The notes under the pieces: model-generated
Database searches by the model: none
The model's input: the letters and a program-made list of their open reading frames with translations, nothing else
What the model was told of the DNA's origin: nothing
DNA from: Dictyostelium discoideum
Lineage: Eukaryota
Length of the DNA: 64,000 bases
Assembly: GCA_000004695.1 (NCBI GenBank)
Contig: CM000154.2
Coordinates: 3,200,001-3,264,000 of the forward strand
Reading direction: 5' to 3'
Made by a program: the position numbers and the translations under genes
Part shown: piece after piece, positions 46,114 to 59,965 of the stretch
Layout of the letters: every line of letters begins with the position of its first letter
Position numbering within the stretch: the stretch's first letter is position 1

Positions 46114-47559
46114 ATGGTCAGAGCCGATAATAATAGTAGTACAATAACAGAAGAAGAATGGGAAAGTTACGATGAAGAAGATTTAAATGAAAATCAACAA
46201 GATGATGATTATTCAAGTGATGAAGATGAATATGACGAGAATGCAATTGTTTTCAATGAAGAAGATTTTGAAGATTTGGAAGACTTAATGAATGAATTTG
46301 AACAAAATAAAAAAGAATTTGAAGAGAACCCAAAATCAATGGAAGAGAATATTAAATCTGCTGATAAGAAATTAAAAGAAACCACTACCAAAACAAATAA
46401 AAAATCAACACATTTGGATTCAAAACAAAAACCACCACAAAAAAAAAAAACTGATGAAAATTTTGATAAAAAACAACAAAAGACCAAAACCCAAGAACAA
46501 ACACACACACAACAAAAAAAACAACAAAAAGTAGAACAACCAATAAAAAAAGAGGAAAAAACAACAAATAAAGATAAAAATAATAATAATAATAAAGATA
46601 AAAAACCACAATCAACAAAGAAACAAACTGAAAATATTGTTAAAAAGGAACAACCAAAACTAGAAAAACCAAATAACAACACTAATAATAATAATAATAA
46701 AGAGCCAGAACAAACTCAACAAGATGAATTTTTTATTAAACCAACTAAAAATATTGATGATTTCTTCCTTAGCAATAAGAATGATGATAAAAAAGATTCT
46801 GATTCAAAATCAACTGAAAAAGTTGAACCAAATTTAAAATTCAACCCAAAACCATACGAAATTGAAAGAAAACCATATATAAAATCAACAATAAATACAA
46901 CCCAAATTCAAAATAATAATAATAATAAAACTTTTAATAATAACAATAATAATAATAATAATAAAACTTTTAGTAGTAGTATTAATAATAATAATAAAAA
47001 TAATAATAATGAAGAAACATTCCATAATAATTATAAAAATAATTATAAATTTAAAGAGAATCGTAATTTTAATGGAAATAGTACAGGTAGAGAATTAACA
47101 GAGAAAGAGAAATTAAATAGATTTAAAAGAATTGCAAGTCATAGTAAAAGTCAAAAGAAAATTGAAGAAAGAATTAATGAAAGTATAGATTCAAAAAAAA
47201 GAAATATGGAATCATTATTTGTTACATCTTTAAATGATGATAAAGCAGTTAGAATGAAAAAGAAACAACGTTTAGGTCAAAGAGCTAGAAAATTATTAGC
47301 TGAGAATATATTTGGTAAAGATGCAAACCATCTTAAAAATTCAAATCCAAATTCAAATTCAAACCCAAATCCAAATCCAAATCCAAATAATAAAAATAAT
47401 AATACAAAAACACCAACAACAACAACACCAACAACAACAAAAACAACAGCAGCACCTGAAAAATCTCATCCATCATGGGAAGCAAAGAAAAAACAAAAAA
47501 TTTCGACAACAATCCAAATTGGTAATAAAAATAATGATATAGTTACTTTTGATGATTAA
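46114..47559 (+). CDS. Acidic/lysine-rich nucleolar-type protein, BUD22/SRFBP1-like
   Basis: Acidic N-terminus (EEEWESYDEEDLNENQQDDDYSSDEDEYDE) and K-rich middle. The C-terminal HPSWEAKKKQK...IVTFDD matches my recollection of the conserved BUD22-domain C-terminus (LHPSWEA...FDD). Confidence 0.45.
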   Translation: MVRADNNSSTITEEEWESYDEEDLNENQQDDDYSSDEDEYDENAIVFNEEDFEDLEDLMNEFEQNKKEFEENPKSMEENIKSADKKLKETTTKTNKKSTHLDSKQKPPQKKKTDENFDKKQQKTKTQEQTHTQQKKQQKVEQPIKKEEKTTNKDKNNNNNKDKKPQSTKKQTENIVKKEQPKLEKPNNNTNNNNNKEPEQTQQDEFFIKPTKNIDDFFLSNKNDDKKDSDSKSTEKVEPNLKFNPKPYEIERKPYIKSTINTTQIQNNNNNKTFNNNNNNNNNKTFSSSINNNNKNNNNEETFHNNYKNNYKFKENRNFNGNSTGRELTEKEKLNRFKRIASHSKSQKKIEERINESIDSKKRNMESLFVTSLNDDKAVRMKKKQRLGQRARKLLAENIFGKDANHLKNSNPNSNSNPNPNPNPNNKNNNTKTPTTTTPTTTKTTAAPEKSHPSWEAKKKQKISTTIQIGNKNNDIVTFDD

Positions 47560-47891
47560 TTAATTAAATAATAAAAAAAAAAAAAAAAAAAAAAAAGAAA
47601 GAAAACTTTATTTTAAATTTATTATTTTATTGTTTGATTTTTTATATATATTATTTTATTTTTATTTTTTATAAAATTGGTGAATATAATTTATATTTAT
47701 TTTTATTCTCTTTCCAAATAAAATAAACCAAAACAAAACAAAATACTTTAACAATTGTTAAACCAATATTAATTTCAGAATAGGTAACAAATGTGAAATT
47801 ATTTAAATAAACGAATAAATACTATTTAATAATAAAGAGTAGTAAGAGGGGGGAGGTATTAGTATATATATATTTATTTATAATTTATAAT

Positions 47892-48294
47892 TTATAATAA
47901 AATGTTTATACATACTTCAAGTAAACCTACTACTGCTACAACAACAGAGGATAAACCTAATAATTTTCCATAATTATTATTACCAAATACATCGGATAAA
48001 TAAATGAAATAAAAAGACCATAATGAAACATTTGTAAATGAAGCGAAAATAAATGTACCAAGTTGAACTTGATCGACATTAATTGAAGATAAAACGCCAA
48101 ATACCAGTGCGAATACATTTACCAAGAAGCAATTTATATGTAAACTTGTTTTAACCATCATCCAACCAACTAATGGTATAAAGAATACACCACCACTCCA
48201 CATATAATTGAAAATATCTACATAAATTTGTTCTTTTGTAATTTATTTTTTTTAAAAAAAAACAATAAAAATAAATTAGAATAAATTATTAAAT

Positions 48295-48366
<72 letters not shown>

Positions 48367-49534
48367 TTTAAATTTTATACATACTATCTTCAAACATGTC
48401 ATTAACGACACCCATATAATAAACCAAATGAAGTGAATTAAAACTCATATAAAAACAAAGTAAAAAGAATTCTTTTGAAAATATTTGAGTAAATACTGGT
48501 TGTTCTCTAACATTTGAAAATAAATTTAATGATTCTGGATTAATTTGATTATTTTGAATTGATGAAACTTCTGAATTACCATTACCATTATTATTATTAT
48601 TATCATTATTGCCATTATCATTGTTATTATCTGAAATTGGTATATTATTTAAAATTTTAAAATCATTAATTGGTATAAAAGGTTTATTTCTTAATAATAT
48701 CCAAGTTGGTATGAATAATGGTACTAATAATACCATATAACCCAAGAATATATATGAAACTTCAATTGAATATTTATTTGCAATTACACTAAAAACTTTG
48801 AAAATGATTGAAGAACCTACAAACATACCACTAAATAATGATGTTATACCACTACTTGTTGATGGAAATAAATTACTAATATGTAATAATGATACTTGAC
48901 ATGCTGGACCACCAGTACCAATCAATGCAAATGATAGAATATATAGATTTGCTTCATACAAATATGAACAATACCATAATATACAACCCAAAACTAATAA
49001 TAGAAATGATAAAAAGTTGGTTTTTCTTGGTCCATATCTATCATAAATTGCACCTGTTAAAAATGCTGATCCTGTTGATGTAAATGCACCAATAGTATAT
49101 ACTAAATTTAATCTTGATGCTTGACTTGGACATGGTAACTATAATAATAATAATAATATATGTGATTGTTAATATAAAATTAATAATATTTATTTATTTA
49201 TTTATTTATTAAATATTACCTCTTCACCATCCTTACAAAGATATTTAAAAACATTTTGTTTTTCTAATTCATATTCTAATGCTGGCCAACCAAATACCAT
49301 ACCAGATACTAATAACATTTGAAATGATGCTAAAATCATCGTTATATATCTTGATTTATTTGTATATATTGATAAACTTGCATCATTTGCTTCCTTTTCA
49401 ATTAAAATTCTTTGTTGGTTGTTTGTTGATGAAGTTGATGCTCCATTCTTTATTTTTTTATAACCTCCACTTCCGTTTTCATTATAATTATCTTGATCTA
49501 TATCATAATTACTAACTTTAGTGTAATCTTTCAT
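47892..49534 (-). CDS. Major-facilitator-superfamily-type transporter (about 11-12 TM, SLC43-like). Exons 49220..49534, 48385..49138, 47892..48232.
   Basis: Three minus-strand ORFs join in frame through a GTAATA donor with tattatag acceptor (81-bp intron) and a GTATGT donor with acaaaag acceptor (152-bp intron containing (AAT)23). Multiple hydrophobic helices and an MFS-like GAIYDRYGPRK loop. Confidence 0.6.
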
Positions 49535-50090
49535 ATTAATTACTTGCTTTATTTTTTGATTTTTTTTTTGATAAAGCTATAATATAGAAAAGTTTCCTTT
49601 TTTTTTTTTTTTTTTTTTTCTTACTCTTTTTTTTTTTTTTTTTTTTTATATGAATAAAAAAATAAAAAAAAATAAAAAAAAAATATTTGTTTTATGTGTT
49701 GTTAAATAAAATTAAAAAATAAAAATAAAAACAGTTCTAATCAGAAGTTTTAAAAAATAAATAAAAAAAAATAAAAAAAATAAAAAAAATTGAAAAATAA
49801 AAAAAAAGATTTTTTTTTTTTTTTTTTTTTTTTTCAAAAAATATCTTTTTTTTTTCCATTTCTTTTTCAGTATTGATTTAAATCGATTAAATTTTATTAT
49901 TCCATTCCATTTCATTTTTTTTTTTTTTTTTTTTGTATATATTTGTGAGTCAAATTTAAAAGGTGAATTTTCCAAAAAAAAAAAAAAAATAAACATTCTA
50001 AAAAAAAAAATAAACATTATGTCATTTATATTTTTAAACTTTTTTTGTTTATTAAATTCTTTTTTTATTTTTTTTTATTTCAAATATTAA

Positions 50091-50307
50091 TTAATTAATT
50101 GACATAAAAGAAGGTAATGGTGGTGAAAAAGTAACCATATTAACAATTGATTTTGGCATTGGAGAAGGTTTTTCAGGTAAAGAATTTATATCTGTTCTTT
50201 TTTCAAAATAAATTACTTCATTTTCTCTTGATAATGCTTGTTGTTCTATTGTTACATCATTTACAATTGAATTTAAAATTGTTGAAATTTTTGTATTTGA
50301 CTATTTA

Positions 50308-50352
<45 letters not shown>

Positions 50353-51070
50353 TATAATAATAAATAAATAAGTATATATTTTTTTTTTTTATTTTAAAAA
50401 GAAAAAACTTACAGGTTTTTTAATTTTTGAAAAATTAACTTGATAAAAATAACCTAAAGCATCAGAAATTTTACCTTGAGCTTTTGAATTTAAAGCCATA
50501 AACATAAGAGTTTTTGAATATTCTATAATGATAATATTGGAAACTATTTGTTTTAAAGATTTTGGTAATTTTTTATATAGAGAATTTTCTAAATCCTTTA
50601 AGAATTGTTTAGTCATTTCAGCTTTTTGCCAAGCTTCACAATGTAATTTTGAAATTATTGATGGTGAAGTCGATTGTTTAACCGCTTTTCTAGCAGTGAT
50701 TGATAATGCAGTCGATAAACAAAGTTCATACATTGCCAATGAGAAACCTTGACGACATTCGGTTGGACGATCTTCGGGTAAATTCATCCAACGTGGTAAT
50801 TCAACACTTGTAATGAAATTGAATATACCCGCAGCTATCTTTAAATGATTAACCATTAATTTTGCATTTTCATCGAAACTACTCTCATTTGAACAATCAT
50901 TAATCTCTGATGCTCTATTATAATGTGCTAATGCATAAACAACCAAACTCATTATCAATTCGAATCTTAATGAAAATCCACTATAAAAACTACTTTTATT
51001 ACCTGTTATACTTGACCATGAAAATGATAATTGTTCATTTAATCTTAATGAATTATTATCTTCAACAGCT

Positions 51071-51132
<62 letters not shown>

Positions 51133-51443
51133 TTAATAAAAGTATATTTATATTTATAATTTTATAATTTTATATTTTTAAAAATCTCTCTCTCTCTCTC
51201 TCTCTTACAAATCATTAAACCATATAAATCTGGTATATATTTTTCACATGCTGTTATTACTGATTGAAAAGAACTCTTTTCAATTATAATTATTAATTCA
51301 TTTCTTGATAATGATGTTTGTGATAAATGTGTAGATGATTGTGGTGTTTGTGTACGTATAATCTTTTCAAATTGTACTCTTTTAGATTGTGGTAATTCAA
51401 AATTAATAAATAAAAATTTTAATGGTTTTTCAACTTGACTCAT
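50091..51443 (-). CDS. BRO1-domain protein, BROX-like (~366 aa). Exons 51209..51443, 50413..51068, 50091..50300.
   Basis: Blocks match my recollection of human BROX: LKIAAGIFNFI vs LKIAAGIFKHL, FELIMSLVVYALAHY vs FELISMGFNVALWYTKYA, ENEVIYFEKRTDINSLPE vs ENGFIYFQKIPTEAPQLE. Intron 1 (140 bp) carries (GA)n and (AAT)n microsatellites; intron 2 has a GTAAGT donor and aaataaatag acceptor. Confidence 0.55.
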
Positions 51444-51907
51444 TATTAATTATTTATTATTATTTATGCACTGTATTATTGTGTTACTACTATTATAATA
51501 TTAAAATAACTATTATATTTCTTTGTTTTTTTTTGTTTTTTATTTTTTTTATTGTTGTAAGGGGGAGGGGTGTTAAAATATTTAATTTAAATAAAAAAGA
51601 AAAAAGTGAAAAAACAAGATTTTTTTTTTAATTTTATTTTTTTTTTTTAATTTCAATTTATTTTTATTTTTATTTTTATTTTCATTTTTTTTTTTTTTTT
51701 TTAAACACAAATATAATCCAAACTTGGATAGTTTTGTTGCTGTGAAGGATATAATCAAAAAAAAGAAAAAAAAAAAAAAAAATGAAGATAAAAAAAAAAT
51801 AATAATTTCAAAAACATTATTTTTGAAATCAATTTTATAAAATATTCATATAAGATTTTAAAAAAAAATAATAAAGATTTAATAAAAAAAAAAAAATAAT
51901 AATAATA

Positions 51908-53164
<1,257 letters not shown>

Positions 53165-53561
53165 TAATATTAATAATTAAATAATAATAAATAATAAAAA
53201 TAATTGAAAAAAAAAAATAAAAAAATAAAAAAATAAAAAAAGTAAAATGGAAAATAAATTTAAAAAAATAAAAAATAAAAAAAAAAATCATCCCAACTCA
53301 TTTATTTGTGATATTTTTTTGTGTTGGAAGATATTTTCGAATAAAGTGTTTTTTTGAAAAAAAAAAAAAATTAATTTTAATTAATATTTATTTTTAATCA
53401 CTCAAATTTCTAATTTTTTTTAACTTTTCGAAAATTAGGTTTTTTTTTTTTTTTTTTCACTTTTCTTTTCTTTTTTTTTTTTTTTTCACAAAAAGTATTC
53501 AAAAGTTTTTATTTTTATTTATTTACAAATAAATAAAAATAAAATAAAAAAAAAAACAACA

Positions 53562-54956
53562 ATGAATGGAAAAATAATAGCTTCTATTGTTTCCTTTATT
53601 ATATTTTTGGCGTTGGGTGGTGGTACACTCTTTGTTTCATTGAAATATTTAAAGCCAAGTGTGAGTAATAAAAGAAATAAAAATAAAAATAAATAAAAAT
53701 AAATAAATAAATAATTAGTATTAATATTTTAAACTTTTATTTTATTTTATTTTTTTTTTTTTATTTTAAATTTTAAATTTTAAATTTTTAATTTTTAGAT
53801 TGATTTAAGTAATGGTATTGAAACTACATCATGTAAAGTAATAAGTACAGAGGATCAAGCAACATGTAATAATCTTAAATGTGTTGACCAAAACACTGAT
53901 ATTTGGTGGTACAATTCATGGGGTCCATCATATTTCTTTGTTTATGTATCTGGTGGTACAGGTAATTCGGATTACTATGATGATGGTGGTGATGATGATG
54001 ATGATGACGATGGTGGTGATGATGACGATGATGATGATGGTGGTGATTCAGGAGATGGTGATTCAGGCGGTGATTCAGGTGGTGGTGACTCTGGTGGTGA
54101 TTCAGGTGGCGGTGATATTGGTGGTGGTGATGAAATGAAAATGAGTAAGAGTAAATTATTAAAGGCTGGTAGTTCATTACCATCATCACTTGGTACCACT
54201 GGTGCCTCTGAATTCAATGGATACGTACCACAAGAAATTAGAGATAAAAGATTAGAAAGAAGATTAAAGGAGAAACAATTATCAAGAGCATTAAAAGCAG
54301 CAACTACCAATGCTGCACCAACATCAGGTAGTAGCTATTACGCCAGCTCAGCATCTGGTTGCAATACATGTTACCAAGGTGTTTTCAACGTTAACTATAA
54401 TATCGGTAATGGTAGTGAAGTAGAATCATCGATTCAAGGTTTAGTATCATCAGATTATAGTTGGGTATCAGATTATGTTGGTAATTATCAAAATGGTTCC
54501 TATTACACTTGTTACTATCAATCTGATGAACCAACAAATGTAGTATGGTTTAAACCTCCAAAATACAGTTCTGGTAGTTTGGCTGGTACTATCATTCTTT
54601 CAATTTTATCCTTTATCGCATTAATTGTATCTGTTCTTTTCTTATTTGCTGGTTGTAAACATCATAGTAGTAACAGCCATCACCACCACAACCATCATAA
54701 CAATAAGAAAAATCATACAAGTGGTGCTTATAAACCAATTGTTAATCCAACACCAATTAGTGCAAAGAAAGGAAATTATCAATCTTATCACAAGAATAAT
54801 GGATCTTATCATGGTGGTTACTCTACATCGGATTCTGCCCCACCACAAAATGTTCCATATTATCAATATAATCAAGGTGTAGCTCAAATCGATTTTAGTG
54901 CAAATCAAAATGGTAGTATAAACTATGTTAATGCTCCACCAAGTTATAGTAGTTAA
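53562..54956 (+). CDS. Predicted type-I-like membrane protein with an acidic (GD/GDSGG) repeat region. Exons 53562..53660 and 53799..54956.
   Basis: Exon 1 MNGKIIASIVSFIIFLALGGGTLFVSLKYLKPS (signal/anchor), GTGAGT donor, tttttag acceptor, in frame into ORF 54135..54956, which has a second TM (LAGTIILSILSFIALIVSVLFLF) and a His-rich cytoplasmic tail. Confidence 0.5.
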
Positions 54957-55407
54957 TAATTTTTAAAACCTTATTCAAAAAAAAGAGATTGTATATTTTA
55001 AATAAAATTTTTGAAAAAAAAAAAAAAAAAAAAAAAAAAATCGTTTCCACTTTTTATTATTATTATTTTTTATTTTTTATTTTTTTTGATTCAATTCCAA
55101 GTTTAAAATAAAATATTTGAGATATTAAAAACATTTGAGATTTTTTTTTTTTTTTTTTTTTTCGTTCACCATTGCAGGATTTCGGGCCGCAATCATAATT
55201 ATAAATAAAAAAAATATTTTTAGAAAAAAAAAAAAAAAAAAAAATTAGGAAAAGAAAGAGGTTTGTGGATGATTGAAAAAAAAAAAAAAAAAAAAAAAAT
55301 TTAATTAATTTAAAAAGGTAAATTAAATTCGAATATTTTTCTAGCCATATTCAAAAAAAATTTTTTAAAAAAAATATTAATTTTCAAAAAAAAATAAAAA
55401 AATATTT

Positions 55408-55443
<36 letters not shown>

Positions 55444-55901
55444 CTAAAACCCACCTCTCCAATTTATATGTGTATCCATTTATATATCAAAAGCTCTGAA
55501 TAAGATAATAAATTAGTTGGTATTTGTATTTATTTATTTATTTATTTTTATTATTTTTTTTTTTTAATTTTTTTAATTTTTATTTTTTTTTTTTTTTAAC
55601 CTCTTCAAATTTTTTTTTTCATATTTTAATTATAATAATAACACTTATACCCCTTTCAAAATATAAAAATATAAAAATATAAAAATATAAAAATATAAAA
55701 TTTACCCCACTCACTCATAAATACCTCATAAAAGTTATTCAATTAAAATTTAAAATAATTAATTAATTTAATATTTAGTCACAAAATAAAAACAAAAAAA
55801 AAACAATAAAAACAAAAAAAAAAAATACTAGTTTATAAAAGTTCATTTTAAAAAGTAAAATAATAAAACAATAAAACAACAATAATAATAATAAAAAGGA
55901 A

Positions 55902-56218
55902 ATGATAAATGGAGAACAAACAATGGTTGAAGATGAACTTCCTGACCAAGGTAAACCAATGTCAGATGAATCAGCAGATATTGATATTAAAGATTTAAAA
56001 GTTGGTGAATCTATTGGTAGTGGTGCCTATGGTATAGTATATAGAGGTACATTGTTTAATTCAGATGTAGCAATAAAGAAAATTCAAAATGAAAAAAGTG
56101 AAAAGAATGAATTTATAAAATATTTAAAAAGAGAAGTAGCAGTTTTAAAGTAAGTTAAATTCAATATTATTATTATTATTATTAACCTTTAATAATTTAA
56201 AGTAACATTAATTAATTT

Positions 56219-56262
<44 letters not shown>

Positions 56263-57939
56263 TAGAAATATTCAACATCCAAATATAGTTCAATTTATTG
56301 GAGTTTATTATGAACCATTAGCAAGTCCATCTTTAGTAAATAGATTATTAAATTCAAGTTCAACATGGATTGTAACTGAATATATTGGCGGTGGTAATTT
56401 ACATGAAAGAATTAAAGATACTAAAAAAGATTTTCCAATTGAATTAAGAATTAAATTATCTTTAGATATTGCTTTAGCAAGTATGTTTTGTTTTTTTTTT
56501 TTTTTTTCATATAATATATTCTTTTTTTAAAATATTAATAATAAATTTAATTTTTTTAAAAAATATATAGTGGCATATTTACATAGTAGAGATATTATAT
56601 TTAGAGATTTAAAAAGTAAAAATATTTTAATTGATGATTCATCTTCACCAATTAGAGGAAAAGTTTGTGATTTTGGGTAAGTTTTTAATTTTTATTATTA
56701 TTAAAAAAAAGAATTAATATATATTAATATTTAATAAATTTTTTTTATTTTTTTTTTATTTTTAAAAGTTTTGCAAGAATTTTAAATAAAAAACAACAAG
56801 GTAATAGACATTTATCAATTTGTGGAACAGACTCTATAATGGCACCAGAATTAATATTAGGTATGGAATATGATGAATCAGTGGATATATTTTCATTTGG
56901 TGTAGTATTGTTAGAGATGATATTACGTAAAAAAGTATCGAAAGTTTTAGAGAGAGGACCACAATCAGCCTTTGAAATTGATCAAGATTCAGCACGTCAA
57001 TTAATACCAGATGATATTCCAGTACTTTATTCAGATTTAGCATTGGATTGTATAAAATATCAACCAGAGGAGAGACCAAATTTCTCACATATCATTCATG
57101 TATTGAAACAATTGACTTCATTATTCCCTGTGGTTCATACATTTGATAATCCATTATCACCAACTTCATCACCAATCACTCCACGTAAAAATTCTTTAAA
57201 TTCACCTTTTACAAAATCAATGAGAATGAACTCTTTTGATTTTAACCTATCAAATATAGTTTCTTCAACAAGCGTTCAAAATAATTTAAAAAGTCAAAAT
57301 TTAAATTTTACTTTATTAAATTTAAATCAAATTAATAATCAAGATTTAAATGAAAATAATAATAATAATATAAGTAATAATATAAATAATATAAATAATA
57401 ATAATAATAATTTAAATGATTGTAATAGTAATTTAAGTAGTAGTACAAGTACAATATATAATGATTCACAACAAACAATAATTGATGAAGATGAATTAGA
57501 TAAAGAAGAAGAAGAAAATAGAAATAAAGTTAATAATTTAAAAGAGAAAATGTTATTGGTAATGGGTGAATTTGATATTTATATTAATAAAGTTGGTAAG
57601 GAATTATTATTAGTATCGGAAGAGGATCATATCTCTCAAAAATATGATGAATGTAGAAAAGTTATCGAAATTAAAAAGGTTTTAGGTGAAGTTATTGAAA
57701 GTGATATGAGTAATAGTCAACAATCAAATACTCCAAGAAAAAATTCAAATGTTACAAATTCCCGTGTCGCTTTGTTTTTGAAATCAATGGAACGTTCACT
57801 CAATGAAATTTATTCAAGCTCTGATGTATTAAAACAAAGAATTGTAAAAGAAGATGATTTGGTTGAATCTTTATTATTGGCTAGAGTGGTTTCAAAAATA
57901 AAAAAAATTCATTTATCATCATTGGATATTAATAATTAA
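55902..57939 (+). CDS. Serine/threonine (TKL-like) protein kinase with an Asn-rich C-terminal extension. Exons 55902..56149, 56266..56480, 56571..56676, 56769..57939.
   Basis: GSGAYGIVY and VAIKK (subdomains I-II) in exon 1, HRDLKSKNILID and DFG in exon 3, APE and DIFSFGVVLLEM in exon 4. All junctions use GTAAGT/GTATGT donors and AG acceptors, with phases matching. Confidence 0.7.
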
Positions 57940-58177
57940 TCAATAACAAATAACAAATAATAATAATTTTGCGTATTTTTTTTTTTTTTTTTTCATAAAA
58001 ATATATATATATAAATTAAATATAATTTGATTAATCAAATATATAAAAAGTAAATAGTAAATAATAACAAATTGTACAATAATTAGTAAATAAAAATTAA
58101 TTTTTAAAATTAATTTTCTTTTTTTTTATTTTTTTTTTTTTATTAAAACATAAATCAGTTTACTAATACTTAATGAT

Positions 58178-59285
58178 TTAAGATGAAATATAATTTCTTA
58201 CAATGTTTACAGTATTAGGAATTGAATCAATTATTAGTTGTTGTTTAATATCATATAAATACAACGATTCAACACTATCTGGTAATATACCTGGTGTTAA
58301 TTTTTGATTGAATCCATCAAATAAATGGACATGAGTTACAGTATTAGGAATTGAACCAATTATTAATTCTTTTTTAATATTACCTATATACAACCATTTA
58401 ACGCTATCTGGTAATATACCTGGTGTTAATTTTTGATTGAATCCATCTTCAAAACAGACACTCGTTACAGTATTAGGAATTGAACCAATCATTAATTCTT
58501 GTTTAATATCATATAAATACAACGATTCAACACCATCTGGTAATATACCTGGTGTTAATATTTGATTGAATCCATCTAAGAGCATTACACTTGATGGTAA
58601 TTGATTTTTTTTTAATTTTGATAAAATATCACAATTGTCTTTGAATGCTATACAATCCTTATTATCTCCCCATGAAAGTCTATCTGTATTAATATAAAAT
58701 TTTAAATCATAATCTAAAATTGGTAATTAGAATAATGATTTAAAATTGTCAATGAGAAAAATTTTAAAATTTTTAATATGCATATTAACAAAACTTACAC
58801 TTAATAAATTCATTGTTATTTTTATCGATTTCTATTTTGAATCTATCATTACTTTTATTTAGGGAATAAATTGATTTTAAATTATTTTTAATATCATCAA
58901 TTATTTGATTATTGAAATGAATGATTTGATTATCGTATTCATTTAATTTATTTGAATTATTGATATTATTATTATTATTTAATACTATTAATGATTGTTG
59001 ATATTGTTTAATAATTTTGATTGTATCCCTATCAATAATAAAATCATCTCCATTATCATATATTTGTTGGTCATTAAATTTTAAAATTTCATTTAATTTT
59101 TCAATGGTTGTAATAATTTCATTTTCATTTTCATTTTCATTTTTATTTTCATTTTTATTATTATTATTATTAATTATAGTTGAAAGTATTTGATTATCAT
59201 TATTGATTGAAGAAGTTATAATTGTATTTATTAATGTATTATTTTCAAAGGTTGTTTGTAATTGTTTTTTAATATCTAATTCTAT
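58178..59285 (-). pseudogene. 5'-truncated B-box-FNIP family copy on the minus strand. Coiled-coil and FNIP parts are present; the B-box part is absent.
   Basis: Minus strand encodes a homolog of the family exon-1 tail (58800..59285, including (EN)n). The ~95-bp intron runs from the GTAAGT donor at about 58795 to the acag acceptor at about 58700. Six FNIP repeats follow (58178..58585). Homology stops abruptly near 59285, about 400 bp from the tRNA-Met cluster. Confidence 0.5.
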
Positions 59286-59521
59286 GATTGAAATGATATG
59301 AATTTTTAAAATTTTTTTTTTAAATTTTTTTTATTTTCACAATAGATTTTAATGCAAAAAACAGTTTTTCTTTTTTATTATACCATGGTTTTAAAATGCT
59401 ATTTATATAAACCAATACAGAAATATAAAAAGATTTAACTTTTTTGTGGGTTGGAAAAATTTATAATAAAAAGCTTTATGCAAAAAAGCTGGCGGACCAA
59501 TTTTTTTCAAAAAATCAACAT

Positions 59522-59580
59522 GTCAGGTTGAGTCGGTTGGGTAGTGCGTAGGTCTCATGATCATAGCCCAACTTTGAAAT
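59522..59580 (+). pseudogene. Truncated tRNA-Met-like pseudogene. It is a partial tandem duplicate of the downstream tRNA-Met including its 5' flank, and lacks a T-arm.
   Basis: Shares atcaacatgtcaggttg with the intact gene plus a ..GTAGGTCTCATGATC.. anticodon-region remnant; no GGTTCGATCC follows. Confidence 0.5.
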
Positions 59581-59686
59581 AACGCGGTTTACAACATTTA
59601 CAAAATCATTCTTAAAAAAAAAGTTGGATAACGCAATTAATTTTTTTAAAACTAATAGTGAAAATTTTTTTTTAAATCATCAACAT

Positions 59687-59759
59687 GTCAGGTTGGCTCA
59701 GTTGGTAGAGCGTAGGTCTCATAATCCTAAGGTCCAGAGTTCGATCCTCTGACTTGACA
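59687..59759 (+). tRNA. Elongator tRNA-Met (anticodon CAU)
   Basis: GTCAGGT-TG-GCTC-AGTTGGTA-GAGC-G-TAGGT-CTCATAA-TCCTA-AGGTC-CAGAG-TTCGATC-CTCTG-ACTTGAC-A. Full cloverleaf with the 31:39 U-U mismatch also seen in metazoan elongator tRNA-Met. Confidence 0.85.
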
Positions 59760-59791
59760 TTCATTTTTTGTGAAGAAGTCCCTAAAATCAA

Positions 59792-59804
59792 GGGATCGAC
59801 TCCC
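59792..59804 (+). promoter_or_regulatory. External B-box-like element about 33 bp downstream of tRNA-Met
   Basis: GGGATCGACTCCC approximates GGTTCGANTCC. It sits between the tRNA and the retroelement. Confidence 0.4.
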
Positions 59805-59965
59805 ATTTAAATTTTTTAACGAAAAACGAAAAAAGAAATAAACGAGAATTTATACATATAATAAATAAATCACTGTTATATCTTCACCGCCACATTCATT
59901 CCTCTTAATTTTACCCTTTTTTTGCTCATTAAAGCAAGGGCTATCGTCCTATATACTTTTCAACA

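Noticed and set aside
53881-54310. Overlapping ORFs in both strands over the GGD/GDSGG repeat (53881..54138 +, 53975..54310 -, 53875..54189 -)
   Set aside because: Frame artefacts of a GC-richer repeat. The spliced frame continuing exon 1 (53562..53660) into 54135..54956 explains the region.
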